From positions 47,058,001 to 47,122,000 of the forward strand of contig NC_047019.1 of assembly GCF_902652985.1 (NCBI RefSeq): DNA of 64,000 bases. Reading direction: 5' to 3'. Position 1 is the stretch's first letter. Each line of letters starts with the position of its first letter. Source of the DNA: Pecten maximus (taxonomy: Eukaryota). The notes under the pieces were generated by a model. It worked only from the letters and a program-made list of their open reading frames with translations, did not search any database and had not been told where the DNA came from. Position numbers and translations under genes: made by a program. Below, in pieces: positions 25,957 to 38,869 of this stretch.

Positions 25957-26146
25957 TTTAGCTCGCTGGGATGAAGGCCAGGGGAGATATTGCTATATCC
26001 TAGGTGTCAGCATCATCTGTGTATCACATTGGTAATACAGTTTTCAGACCTGTTGACATTGACCATCACCTTTGACCTACTGTTAAAAATCTAATTCTGA
26101 ATTTCAACCCACTGGCCGAGCTATGTCGCCTTCTGACAACTCTAGT
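25957..26146 (+). mobile_element. Short Helentron/HINE-like non-autonomous element
   Basis: Starts TTTAGCTCGC, ends GCCGAGCT (subterminal inverted repeat) plus a TGTC..GACA hairpin and CTCTAGT; internal ACCTTTGACCTACT. Architecture recalled from bivalve HINE repeats. Confidence 0.5.
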
Positions 26147-26874
26147 CTTATGTAAATTGATACGTTTTCTTAAAACATTCATGATAGAGAATGTGTGATA
26201 AAAGATCCAAATGGGTGTCCTACAAAATGAATATCACTGATTTGCAATCTTATCAATGAGGGTAGTCTTGAAGTCCACTACAATGTTTTGGGCCACAAAG
26301 GCTCATTAGGTAGAGTTTCAGACTAGTCTCAGCTGAGTGTGAATGTGAGCAAAGTGTGCTTTGATCCCTACTCTAGACAAGTTTTTTTTTTTAGGAAGCT
26401 GAGAAATCTCTGACAATCCTTTGCTCTCATAGTTGTGTCTTTAGGTGGGACACATTATCCATATCGCATATATAGCATACGGGATTGGACATTCAGTGAG
26501 GTAGCCACCAGCTACTACAATGAGACCCCTAACCTCACTGTAACCCAGCAGACAAACATCACTTGTTTTGTAGACCTACACCGGCGCCCTGACAGAATCA
26601 TAGTCACAGATGATCAACTGAACGGTTGAGATCATGTGTTTGTGCAGGCCAGCAATTAGCACTGCCTCATCAAATATTAATCGGTTCTGGGCTGATTACA
26701 TGGCTGCTCTGCCATTTCATTGTCACGGCGAAGGTAATGGCAGAACAACAGGATACCTCATGTTGTTTTTGGAGGCCATCATGGATTCTACTTATTATAA
26801 TATTGGATAACACTCTGCTTGTTATACTTGTTTCACTATGCCAGAGAGCCTACTGCATTAATCCTAAAATAAAG

Positions 26875-27050
26875 TCAGAGGACCTACAACTTAGAGGGTA
26901 AGCTTATTGCAGGCCCTTTATGATCAGATGGCATGCTTTTCAAATTGCCCCTCATCTGTTCATCCTTCAATCAATTTTGAGACAGATCAGAAAGCAAATT
27001 GGCTGTCTGGCAGCTGTTTTGAATTTTGACAGCTGAAATTTGTTATCTAT
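26875..27050 (+). mobile_element. Degenerate HINE-like interspersed repeat fragment
   Basis: GGCAGCTGTTTTGAATTTTGACAGCTGAAATTTGTTATC resembles a recalled bivalve repeat core; not verified. Confidence 0.3.
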
Positions 27051-27102
27051 CAATGGAAAGACAGGTGTCATGTGTGGACTTAATTAATAGGAAAGGTGAT
27101 GT

Positions 27103-27775
27103 ATGTATACTATATAGGGAAGGACAGGTGTATACTATATAGGGAAGGACAGGTGTATACTATATAGGGAAGGACAGGTGTATACTATATAGGGAAGGAC
27201 AGGTGTATACTATATAGGGAAGGACAGGTGTATACTATATAGGGATGGACAGGTGTATACTATATAGGGAAGGGCAGGTGTATACTATATAGGGAAGGAC
27301 AGGTGTATACTATATAAAAAGGAAGAACAGGTGTATACTACATAGGGGAGGACAGGTGTATACTATATAGGGAAGGACAGGTGTATACTATATAGGGGAG
27401 GACAGGTGTATACTATATAGGGAAGGACAGGTGTATGCTATATAGGGAAGGACAGGTGTATACTTTATAGGGGAGGACAGGTGTATACTATATAGGGATG
27501 GACAGGTGTATACTATATAGGGAAGGACAGGTGTATACTATATAGGGATGGACAGGTGTATACTATATAGGGAAGGACAGGTGTATACTATATAGGGAAG
27601 GACAGGTGTATACTATATAGGGGAGGACAGGTGTATGCTATATAGGGAAGGACAGGTGTATACTTTATAGGGGAGGACAGGTGTGTACTATATAGGGAAG
27701 GACAGGAATATACTATATAGGGAAGGACAGGTGTATACTATATAGGGAAGGACAGGTGTATACTATATAGGGGAA
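27103..27775. repeat. Minisatellite, 25-bp unit GGACAGGTGTATACTATATAGGGAA
   Basis: Read directly. Confidence 0.96.
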
Positions 27776-30700
27776 GATGGAGAGGTGGTGGGGAGTTCAG
27801 TGTTGGTAGTATAGTAGTGTTGTAGGATGGAGAGGTGGTGGGGAGTTCAGTGTTGGTAGTATAGTAGTGTTGTAGGATAGAGAGGTGGTGGGGAGTTCAG
27901 TGTTGGTAGTATAGTAGTGTTGTAGGATAGAGAGGTGGTGGTGAGTTCAGTGTTGGTAGTATAGTAGTGTTCTGTAGGATAGAGAGGTGGTGGGGAGTTC
28001 AGTGTTGGTAGTATAGTAGTGGTTCTGTAGGATGGAGAGGTGGTGGGGAGTTCAGTGTTGGTAGTATAGTAGTGTTGTAGGATAGAGAGGTGGTGGGGAG
28101 TTCAGTGTTGGAAGTATAGTAGTGTTGTAGGATGGAGAGGTGGTGGGGAGTTCAGTGTTGGTAGTATAGTAGTGTTGTAGGATAGAGAGGTGGTGGGGAG
28201 TTCAGTGTTGGTAGTATAGTAGTGTTGTAGGATAGAGAGGTGGTGGGGAGTTCAGTGTTGGTAGTATAGTAGTGGTTCTGTAGGATAGAGAGGTGGTGGG
28301 GAGTTCAGTGTTGGTAGTATAGTAGTGTTGTAGGATAGAGAGGTGGTGGGGAGTTCAGTGTTGGTAGTATAGTAGTGTTGTAGGATAGAGAGGTGGTGGG
28401 GAGTTCAGTGTTGGTAGTATAGTAGTGTTGTAGGATAGAGAGGTGGTGGTGAGTTCAGTGTTGGTAGTATAGTAGTGTTCTGTAGGATAGAGAGGTGGTG
28501 GGGAGTTCAGTGTTGGTAGTATAGTAGTGGTTCTGTAGGATAGAGAGGTGGTAGGGAGTTCAGTGTTGGTAGTATAGTAGTGTTGTAGGATGGAGAGGTG
28601 GTGGGGAGTTCAGTGTTGGTAGTATAGTAGTGTTGTAGGATAGAGAGGTGGTGGGGAGTTCAGTGGTGGTAGTATAGTAGTGTTGTAGGATGGAGAGGTG
28701 GTGGGGAGTTCAGTGTTGGTAGTATAGTAGTGGTGTAGGATGGAGAGGTGGTGGGGAGTTCAGTGTTGGTAGTATAGTAGTGTTGTAGGATAGAGAGGTG
28801 GTGGGGAGTTCAGTGTTGGTAGTATAGTAGTGGTTCTGTAGGATGGAGAGGTGGTGGGGAGTTCAGTGTTGGTAGTATAGTAGTGTTGTAGGATGGAGAG
28901 GTGGTGGGGAGTTCAGTGTTGGTAGTATAGTAGTGGTTCTGTAGGATGGAGAGGTGGTGGGGAGTTCAGTGTTGGTAGTATAGTAGTGTTCTGTAGGATA
29001 GAGAGGTGGTGGGGAGTTCAGTGTTGGTAGTATAGTAGTGTTGTAGGATGGAGAGGTGGTGGGGAGTTCAGTGTTGGTAGTATAGTAGTGGTTCTGTAGG
29101 ATAGAGAGGTGGTGGGGAGTTCAGTGTTGGTAGTATAGTAGTGTTGTAGGATAGAGAGGTGGTGGGGAGTTCAGTGTTGGTAGTATAGTAGTGTTGTAGG
29201 ATGGAGAGGTGGTGGGGAGTTCAGTGTTGGTAGTATAGTAGTGTTGTAGGATAGAGAGGTGGTGGGGAGTTCAGTGTTGGTAGTATAGTAGTGGTTCTGT
29301 AGGATGGAGAGGTGGTGGGGAGTTCAGTGTTGGTAGTATAGTAGTGGTTCTGTAGGATAGAGAGGTGGTGGGGAGTTCAGTGTTGGTAGTATAGTAGTGT
29401 TGTAGGATAGAGAGGTGGTGGGGAGTTCAGTGTTGGTAGTATAGTAGTGTTGTAGGATAGAGAGGTGGTGGGGAGTTCAGTGGTGGTAGTATAGTAGTGT
29501 TGTAGGATGGAGAGGTGGTGGGGAGTTCAGTGTTGGTAGTATAGTAGTGTTGTAGGATGGAGAGGTGGTGGGGAGTTCAATGTTGGTAGTATAGTAGTGT
29601 TGTAGGATAGAGAGGTGGTGGGTAGTTCAGTGTTGGTAGTATAGTAGTGGTTCTGTAGGATAGAGAGGTTGTGGGGAGTTCAGTGTTGGTAGTATAGTAG
29701 TGTTGTAGGATGGAGAGGTAGTGGGGAGTTCAGTGTTGGTAGTATAGTAGTGTTGTAGGATAGAGAGGTGGTGGGGAGTTCAGTGTTGGTAGTATAGTAG
29801 TGGTTCTGTAGGATGGAGAGGTGGTGGGGAGTTCAGTGTTGGTAGTATAGTAGTGGTTCTGTAGGATGGAGAGGTGGTGGGGAGTTCAGTGTTGGTAGTA
29901 TAGTAGTGTTGTAGGATAGAGAGGTGGTGGGGAGTTCAGTGTTGGTAGTATAGTAGTGGTTCTGTAGGATGGAGAGGTGGTGGGGAGTTCAGTGTTGGTA
30001 GTATAGTAGTGTTGTAGGATGGAGAGGTGGTGGGGAGTTCAGTGTTGGTAGTATAGTAGTGTTGTAGGATGGAGAGGTGGTGGGGAGTTCAGTGTTGGTA
30101 GTATAGTAGTGTTCTGTAGGATGGAGAGGTGGTGGGGAGTTCAGTGTTGGTAGTATAGTAGTGTTGTAGGATGGAGAGGTGGTGGGGAGTTCAGTGTTGG
30201 TAGTATAGTAGTGGTGTAGGATGGAGAGGTGGTGGGGAGTTCAGTGTTGGTAGTATAGTAGTGTTCTGTAGGATAGAGAGGTGGTGGGGAGTTCAGTGTT
30301 GGTAGTATAGTAGTGTTGTAGGATGGAGAGGTGGTGGGGAGTTCAGTGTTGGTAGTATAGTAGTGTTGTAGGATAGAGAGGTGGTGGGGAGTTCAGTGTT
30401 GGTAGTATAGTAGTGTTGTAGGATAGAGAGGTGGTTGGAAGTTCAGTGTTGGTAGTATAGTAGTGTTGTAGGATGGAGAGGTGGTGGGGAAATCAGTGTT
30501 GGTAGTATAGTAGTGTTGTAGGATGGAGAGGTGGTTGGAAGTTCAGTGTTGGTAGTATAGTAGTGTTGTAGGATGGAGAGGTGGTGGGGAGTTCAGTGTT
30601 GGTAGTATAGTAGTGTTGTAGGATGGAGAGGTGGTGGGGAGTTCAGTGTTGGTAGTATAGTAGTGTTCTGTAGGATAGAGAGGTGGTGGGGAGTTCAGTG

Positions 30701-33298
30701 TTGGTAGTATAGTAGTGGTATTGTAGGATAGAGAGGTGGTGGGGAGTTCAGTGTTGGTAGTATAGTAGTGTTGTAGGATAGAGAGGTGGTGGGGAGTTCA
30801 GTGTTGGTAGTATAGTAGTGTTGTAGGATAGAGAGGTGGTTGGGAGTTCAGTGTTGGTAGTATAGTAGTGTTGTAGGATAGAGAGGTGGTGGGGAGTTCA
30901 GTGTTGGTAGTATAGTAGTGTTGTAGGATGGAGAGGTGGTGGGGAGTTCAGTGTTGGTAGTATAGTAGTGTTGTAGGATAGAGAGGTGGTGGGGAGTTCA
31001 GTGTTGGTAGTATAGTAGTGGTTCTGTAGGATGGAGAGGTGGTGGGGAGTTCAGTGTTGGTAGTATAGTAGTGTTGTAGGATGGAGAGGTGGTGGGGAGT
31101 TCAGTGTTGGTAGTATAGTAGTGTTGTAGGATAGAGAGGTGGTGGGGAGTTCAGTGTTGGTAGTATAGTAGTGGTTCTGTAGGATGGAGAGGTGGTGGGG
31201 AGTTCAGTGTTGGTAGTATAGTAGTGTTGTAGGATGGAGAGGTGGTGGGGAGTTCAGTGTTGGTAGTATAGTAGTGTTGTAGGATGGAGAGGTGGTGGGG
31301 AGTTCAGTGTTGGTAGTATAGTAGTGTTGTAGGATGGAGAGGTGGTGGGGAGTTCAGTGTTGGTAGTATAGTAGTGTTGTAGGATGGAGAGGTGGTGGGG
31401 AGTTCAGTGTTGGTAGTATAGTAGTGTTCTGTAGGATAGAGAGGTGGTGGGGAGTTCAGTGTTGGTAGTATAGTAGTGTTGTAGGATGGAGAGGTGGTGG
31501 GGAGTTCAGTGTTGGTAGTATAGTAGTGTTGTAGGATGGAGAGGTGGTGGGGAGTTCAGTGTTGGTAATATAGTAGTGTTCTGTAGGATAGAGAGGTGGT
31601 GGGGAGTTCAGTGTTGGTAGTATAGTAGTGTTGTAGGATAGAGAGGTGTGGGGAGTTCAGTGTTGGTAGTATAGTAGTGTTGTAGGATGGAGAGGTGGTG
31701 GGGAGTTCAGTGTTGGTAGTATAGTAGTGTTCTGTAGGATAGAGAGGTGGTGGGGAGTTCAGTGTTGGTAATATAGTAGTGTTGTAGGATAGAGAGGTGG
31801 TGGGGAGTTCAGTGTTGGAAGTATAGTAGTGTTGTAGGATAGAGAGGTGGTGGGGAGTTCAGTGTTGGTAGTATAGTAGTGTTGTAGGATAGAGAGGTGG
31901 TGGGGAGTTCAGTGTTGGTAGTATAGTAGTGTTGTAGGATGGAGAGGTGGTGGGGAGTTCAGTGTTGGTAGTATAGTAGTGTTCTGTAGGATAGAGAGGT
32001 GGTGGGGAGTTCAGTGTTGGTAGTATAGTAGTGTTGTAGGATAGAGAGGTGGTGGGGGAGTTCAGTGTTGGTAGTATAGTAGTGTTGTAGGATAGAGAGG
32101 GTGGTGGGGAGTTCAGTGTTGGTAATATAGTAGTGTTGTAGGATGGAGAGGTGGTGGGGAGTTCAGTGTTGGTAGTATAGTAGTGTTGTAGGATAGAGAG
32201 GTGGTGGGGAGTTCAGTGTTGGTAGTATAGTAGTGTTGTAGGATAGAGAGGTGGTGGGGAGTTCAGTGTTGGTAGTATAGTAGTGTTGTAGGATAGAGAG
32301 GTGGTGGGGAGTTCAGTGTTGGTAGTATAGTAGTGTTGTAGGATAGAGAGGGTGGTGGGGAGTTCAGTGTTGGTAGTATAGTAGTGTTGTAGGATAGAGA
32401 GGTGGTGGGGAGTTCAGTGTTGGTAGTATAGTAGTGTTGTAGGATGGAGAGGTGGTGGGGAGTTCAGTGTTGGTAATATAGTAGTGTTCTGTAGGATAGA
32501 GAGGTGGTGGGGGAGTTCAGTGTTGGTAGTATAGTAGTGTTGTAGGATAGAGAGGTGGTGGGGGAGTTCAGTGGTAGTAGTATAGTAGTGTTGTAGGATA
32601 GAGAGGTGGTGGGGAGTTCAGTGTTGGTAGTATAGTAGTGTTGTAGGATAGAGAGGTGGTGGGGAGTTCAGTGTTGGTAGTATAGTAGTGTTGTAGGATG
32701 GAGAGGTGGTGGGGAGTTCAGTGTTGGTAATATAGTAGTGTTCTGTAGGATAGAGAGGTGGTGGGGAGTTCAGTGTTGGTAGTATAGTAGTGTTGTAGGA
32801 TAGAGAGGTGGTGGGGAGTTCAGTGGTAGTAGTATAGTAGTGTTGTAGGATAGAGAGGTGGTGGGGAGTTCAGTGTTGGTAGTATAGTAGTGTTGTAGGA
32901 TAGAGAGGTGGTGGGGAGTTCAGTGTTGGTAGTATAGTAGTGTTGTAGGATAGAGAGGTGGTGGGGAGTTCAGTGTTGGTAGTATAGTAGTGTTGTAGGA
33001 TGGAGAGGTGGTGGGGAGTTCAGTGTTGGTAGTATAGTAGTGTTCTGTAGGATAGAGAGGTGGTGGGGAGTTCAGTGTTGGTAGTATAGTAGTGTTGTAG
33101 GATAGAGAGGTGGTGGGGAGTTCAGTGGTAGTAGTATAGTAGTGTTGTAGGATAGAGAGGTGGTGGGGAGTTCAGTGTTGGTAGTATAGTAGTGTTGTAG
33201 GATAGAGAGGTGGTGGGGAGTTCAGTGTTGGTAGTATAGTAGTGTTGTAGGATAGAGAGGTGGTGGGGAGTTCAGTGTTGGTAGTATAGTAGTGGTTC
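27776..33298. repeat. Minisatellite, 50-53-bp G/T-rich unit GGAT(A/G)GAGAGGTGGTGGGGAGTTCAGTGTTGGTAGTATAGTAGTGTTGTA
   Basis: Read directly; ~5.5 kb, the longest array in the window. Confidence 0.98.
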
Positions 33299-34052
33299 TC
33301 TGGAATGGACAGGTGGTGTATACTACAGGTGGGCACTACTGTGTGTATACTACACAGCTGGGAATGCTGGAGTGTGGCTGTGTACGCTGTCTAGTAGTGG
33401 CACACTGCAGTCACTCGGCCATACTAGGCCATACAGCCTACTGATTGCCACTGATAGTAAAGCAAATGACAAGCTTGTGGGCTGTTCCAGTTCAAAGTTG
33501 TTTTGATCATTTATCGATAGAACTACATTATAGATTGATGTGATGTATTGAGAATTTGTAAACATATGAGACAGGTAGGTTTATGTAGCCGTCTACCTGT
33601 GGCATACGATGTGATACAATGGTTGGGCTGGTACAGTGATGGGGACTCTCTCTACATGTCTAATCAACAAAACAACCTGGACTTCTTATGGAGGTGAAAA
33701 TTTAATTACGATAATTGAATGTGCTGGTGAGATGTTAAAAATGAGTTTGGAGAGTGAATTAATATTTAAACAGTCTACAGATAATTACGTCAAAGTGGAC
33801 TGATGCTTGGCTGAAGCTAAAGGGCAGCAAAGGAGCATCCCATATGGATGACAGCAAGCAACCTGTAGACTGCCACTCCTCCTTCAGTCAGTCGTTACCA
33901 CTCCCTCCAGGGGTGACACGAATGGCTTCATCAGGAATATACTCCGGGGACTGTTTTACTTTTTAACGCCACTACTGAAGTCTTGTCCATCTATTCCACA
34001 TTTCACTATGCATTCCGTTTATTTTTAATCACAACGAAGTGTTATTAACAAA

Positions 34053-34855
34053 ATGAACATTTTCAGGAAAAGTAGGTGTATTTCACCATCTTTTGATTTG
34101 CCGAGAATGTGTTTACCTCGTCGAAAACAGACGTCCATCGATGACCATGATCTTGATGAGGTTGTTGGTCTTGAGGTCCCCGTGGAGGCGAGGGCACGTT
34201 CCTCTAGTTTTGACTGCAGTAGTTTACATAAAGAGACAACTGAGTTTCTGGAGGTTCCCAATCCTGGTCGTCGCTGTCAGTCATTTGATTCTTCGTCCTC
34301 GGGTTGGGGGCAGGAGGAAGAGTTGATACCTGAGGGCCGTCGTTATAGTCTAATTTCTAAGTACTCGAGACGTCGGTCTTCGTTTGAAATTCCCAAACTA
34401 TGCATTCATTGTGTACATATGGAACAGTATGAGGAACAACAGCGCAAAGAGGAGGAGGAACGTCACATCGAAGTTGAAAATGGGGCCTCCAGTGACGAGG
34501 AGCTGATGTTGGACACTGGGTCGTTAGACTCAGGGGGCGACTCGGACGACAGTTGTGGACCTCAGGACAAAGAGGTGGAGGAGATTATGTGTAACTATAC
34601 GAATGCTCTAACTCTTGAGGTACCCATAATCAGGACTTGTCGCTCCTCCTCTCTGGATGCCAACCTCCTAAACTCACAATCACCTACCAGTGAGGTGATA
34701 TTCAAAAGTGGACGTGGTATTGTACAAAGACAGGAATCTTTTGATGAGGGAATGCTGGAGGTACCTAAACAGGTGCGCTCAAGTTCTGTGGATATTAGTC
34801 TTCCTACTGAAAAGGAGGCTCATTACCGGGCCATTGCCATTACTTCAAATACAAC
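34053..34855 (+). CDS. DGKZ: First coding exon of a type IV diacylglycerol kinase (DGK zeta/iota; eye-specific DGK rdgA-like long N-terminus)
   Basis: Non-repetitive 268-codon ORF. LEVPKQVRSSSVD matches the recalled insect rdgA N-terminal motif LEVPKQVRSASFD. It ends at a strong donor AC|GTAAGT in phase 2, compatible with the exon at 56034. Confidence 0.82.
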
Positions 34856-34989
34856 GTAAGTGTTAATGTGGGCGATTAGGGCAGCTAAGGATAATTGGTA
34901 ATACTTTGATTACAATGCAAATGATTGAGATGGCGACTTAGGTTCAACCATTGATAATTCAAATAGACTGTGTAAAGGAGGTAATTGAG

Positions 34990-36320
34990 AGCAACTTCCA
35001 GGTAACTATTAATATATAAAATACAATGTGTTCTCAAGGCTGAATAATGTTAACCTCGGGTAACTATTAATATATAAAATACAATGTGTTCTTAAGGCTG
35101 AATAATGTTAACCTCAGGGTAATCATTTATACATTAAATACAATGTGTTACCAAGGTAGGGCTTTTGGGGCCATTAATGGGCCCCATTCCCAACTGGAAT
35201 TATTTTATTTTAAAGCCAAATGCCCAAAATTTGCAATTACAATTCACAAATTTTCTTCCCAAAACGAGACAAAAAGGCCCCGTCCCAAACCAGTAAGAAA
35301 TAGCCCTGCAAGGGTAATTGAGGGCAATCTCAAGGTAATTATTTATTAAATATGATGTGTTACCAAGGGTAATTGAGGGCAATCTCAAGGTAATTATTTA
35401 TTAAATGTATTGTGTTACCAAGGGTAATTGAGGGCAATCTCAAGGTAATTATTTATTAAATGTATTGTGTTACCAAGGGTAATTGAGGGCAATCTCAAGG
35501 TAATTATTTATTAAATATGATGTGTTACCAAGGGTAATTGAGGGCAATCTCAAGGTAATTATTTATTAAATGTATGTGTTAAGGGTAATGATTTATTAAA
35601 TATGATGTGTTACCAAGGGTAATTGAGGGCAATCTCAAGGTAATTATTTATTAAATGTATTGTGTTACCAAGGGTAATTGAGGGCAATCTCAAGGTAATT
35701 ATTTATTAAATGTATTGTGTTACCAAGGGTTATTGAGGGCAATCTCAAGGTAATTATTTATCAAATGTATTGTGTTACCAAGGGTAATTGAGGGCAATCT
35801 CAAGGTAATTATTTATTAAATGTATTGTGTTACCAAGGGTTATTGAGGACAATCTCAAGGTAATTATTTATTAAATGTATCGTGTTACCAAGGGTAATTG
35901 AGGGCAATCTCAAGGTAATTATTTATTAAATGTATTGTGTTACCAAGGGTTATTGAGGGCAATCTCAAGGTAATTATTTATCAAATGTATTGTGTTACCA
36001 AGGGTAATTGAGGGCAATCTCAAGGTAATTATTTATTAAATATGATGTGTTACCAAGGGTAATTGAGGGCAATCTCAAGGTAATTATTTATTAAATGTAT
36101 TGTGTTACCAAGGGTAATTGAGGGCAATCTCAAGGTAATTATTTATTAAATGTATTGTGTTACCAAGGGTAATTGAGGCCAATCTCAAGGTAATTATTTA
36201 TCAAATATAATGTGTTACCATGGGTGAATGAGGGTGATTTTATGTATTGAATGCAATGTGTTACCAAGGGTAATTGAGGGCAATCTCAAGGTAATTATTA
36301 ATACATTAAATACAATATGT
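34990..36320. repeat. Minisatellite, 55-bp unit GTTACCAAGGGTAATTGAGGGCAATCTCAAGGTAATTATTTATTAAATGTATTGT, with diverged units at both edges
   Basis: Read directly; homogeneous core ~35309-36200. Confidence 0.93.
35157..35308. mobile_element. 152-bp MITE, superfamily unassigned
   Basis: Ends (T)AGGGCT...AGCCCTG; CAAGG repeated on both sides (35152-35156, 35309-35313); splits a GTTACCAAGG-GTAATTG repeat unit. Confidence 0.65.
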
Positions 36321-36329
36321 TATCCACCT

Positions 36330-36870
36330 GACTGTATAAGTCCCCCATTAGTGTTGTGTCCCCTTTTGATTGTATAGGTCCTCTAGCCCTGATGTGTGAG
36401 AGTTGTGTCCCCTTGTGATTGTATAGGTCCTCTAGCCCTGATGTGTGAGAGTTGTGTCTTATTGTGACTGTACAAGTCCCTGTGACCTGATGTGTGAGAG
36501 TTGTGTCCCCTTGGGACTGTATAAGTCCCTGTGACCTGATGTGTGAGAGTTGTGTCCCCTTGTGATTGTATAAGTCCTTGTGACCTGATGTGTGAGAGTT
36601 GTGTCCCCTTGTGATTGTACAAGTCCCTGTGACCTGATGTGTGAGAGTTGTGTCCCCATGTGATTGTATAAGTCCTTGTGACCTGATGTGTGAGAGTTGT
36701 GTCTTATTGTGACTGTACAAGTCCCTGTGACCTGATGTGTGAGAGTTGTGTCCCCTTGGGACTGTATAAGTCACTGTGACCGGATGTGTGAGAGTTGTGT
36801 CCCCTTGGGACTGGTCCCCGTGACCTGATTTAAGAGAGTTGTGTCCCCTTGTGAGTTTATAGGTCCCTTT
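36330..36870. repeat. Minisatellite, 49-bp unit CCTGTGACCTGATGTGTGAGAGTTGTGTCCCCTTGTGATTGTATAAGTC
   Basis: Read directly. Confidence 0.94.
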
Positions 36871-37201
36871 AGTCATAAAATGTGTTGGTTGGTGGTCCCT
36901 CCTTGTGATCGTGTGAGTACCCTGTGAACTGACCGCTGTGTTTAGTGGTCTAGCAGCCTCTGCTACTTGTTGATCACAGATCAATGAGCTATCTCAAAGT
37001 GATATAATAATATGCATTAAATGTAGTCTGGTATGCTTATCTTTGTGGTTGCAAATGTAGGATATTAAATTGAATCTTGTAGTGAAAAACAGACACATCT
37101 GCTGCTGTTTCCATCAACACTAACATAATGTATTTTATAGTGTGCATGGGATTCATGGATAAAACATAGTTTTATATTTAGAGAATGCTAATAGAGATTA
37201 C

Positions 37202-38737
37202 TGTACCACCAAAGTCTGTACACAGTTTATAATCAGTAAAGGGCGTACTTGTGTACAACAAAAGTCTGTACACAGTTTATAGTCAGTACTTGTGTACCAC
37301 AAAAGTCTGTACACAGTTTATAATCAGTAAAGGACGTACTTGTGTACCACCAAAGTCTGTACACAGTTTATAGTCAGTAAAGGGCGTACTTGTGTACCAC
37401 CAAAGTCTGTACACAGTTTATAATCAGTAAAGGGCGTACTTATGTACCACAAAAGTCTATACACAGTTTATAGTCAGTAAAGGGCGTACTTGTGTACCAC
37501 AAAAGTCTGTACACAGTTTATAGTCTGTAAAGGGCGTACTTGTGTACCACCAAAGTCTGTACACAGTTTATAATCAGTAAAGGGCGTACTTGTGTACCAC
37601 AAAAGTCTGTACACAGTTTATAGTCAGTAAAGGGCGTACTTGTGTACCACCAAAGTCTGTACACAGTTTATAGTCAGTAAAGGGAGTACTTGTGTACCAC
37701 CAAAGTCTGTACACAGTTTATAGTCAGTAAAGGCGTACTTGTATACAACAAAAGTCTGTACACAGTTTATAGTCAGTAAAGGGCGTACTTGTGTACCACC
37801 AAAGTCTGTACACAGTTTATAGTCAGTAAAGGGCTTGTGTACCACAAAAGTCTGTACACAGTTTATAATCAGTAAAGGGAGTACTTGTGTACCACCAAAG
37901 TCTGTACACAGTTTATAGTTAGTAAAGGGCGTACTTGTGTACCACAAAAGTCTGTACACAGTTTATAATCAGTAAAGGGCGTACTTGTATAACACCAAAG
38001 TCTGTACACAGTTTATAATCAGTAAAGGGCTTACTTGTGTACAACAAAAGTCTGTACACAGTTTATAGTCAGTAAAGGGCGTACTTGTGTACAACAAAAG
38101 TCTGTACACAGTTTATAGTCAGTAAAGGGCGTACTTGTGTACCACCAAAGTCTGTACACAGTTTATAGTCAGTAAAGGGAGTACTTGTGTAGCACCAAAG
38201 TCTGTACACAGTTTATAATCAGTAAAGGGCGTACTCGTCTACACCAAAGTCTGTACACAGTGTATAGTCAGTAAAGGATGTACTTGTGTACCGCCAAAGT
38301 CTGTACACAGTTTATAATCAGTAAAGGGAGTACTTGTGTACCACCAAAGTCTGTACACAGTTTATAGTCAGTAAAGGGCGTACTTGTGTACCACCAAAGT
38401 CTGTACACAGTGTATAGTCAGTAAAGGATGTACTTGTGTACCACCAAAGTCTGTACACAGTCTATAGTCAGTAAAGGGCGTACTTGTGTACCACCAAAGT
38501 CTGTACACAGTTTATAGTCAGTAAAGGGCGTACTTGTGTACCACAAAAGTCTGTACACAGTTTATAGTCAGTAAAGGGCGTACTTGTGTACCACCAAAGT
38601 CTGTACACAGTTTATAATCAGTAAAGGGCGTACTTGTGTACCACCAAAGTCTGTACACAGTTTATAGTCAGTAAAGGGCTTACTTGTATACAACAAAAGT
38701 CTGTACACAGTTTATAATCAGTAAAGAGCATACTTGT
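37202..38737. repeat. Minisatellite, 50-bp unit TGTACCACCAAAGTCTGTACACAGTTTATAGTCAGTAAAGGGCGTACTTG
   Basis: Read directly. Confidence 0.97.
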
Positions 38738-38869
38738 TACAATTATATCTTTAGCAAAGGATTCTAGAGTTACTCTGGTTGGAATCACATGATGTTATCT
38801 AAAGTGAAACAGTACACTGTTTTCCATTGATTTGATGAAATAGGCACATACTAAAGTGTCCGTCCCTCT

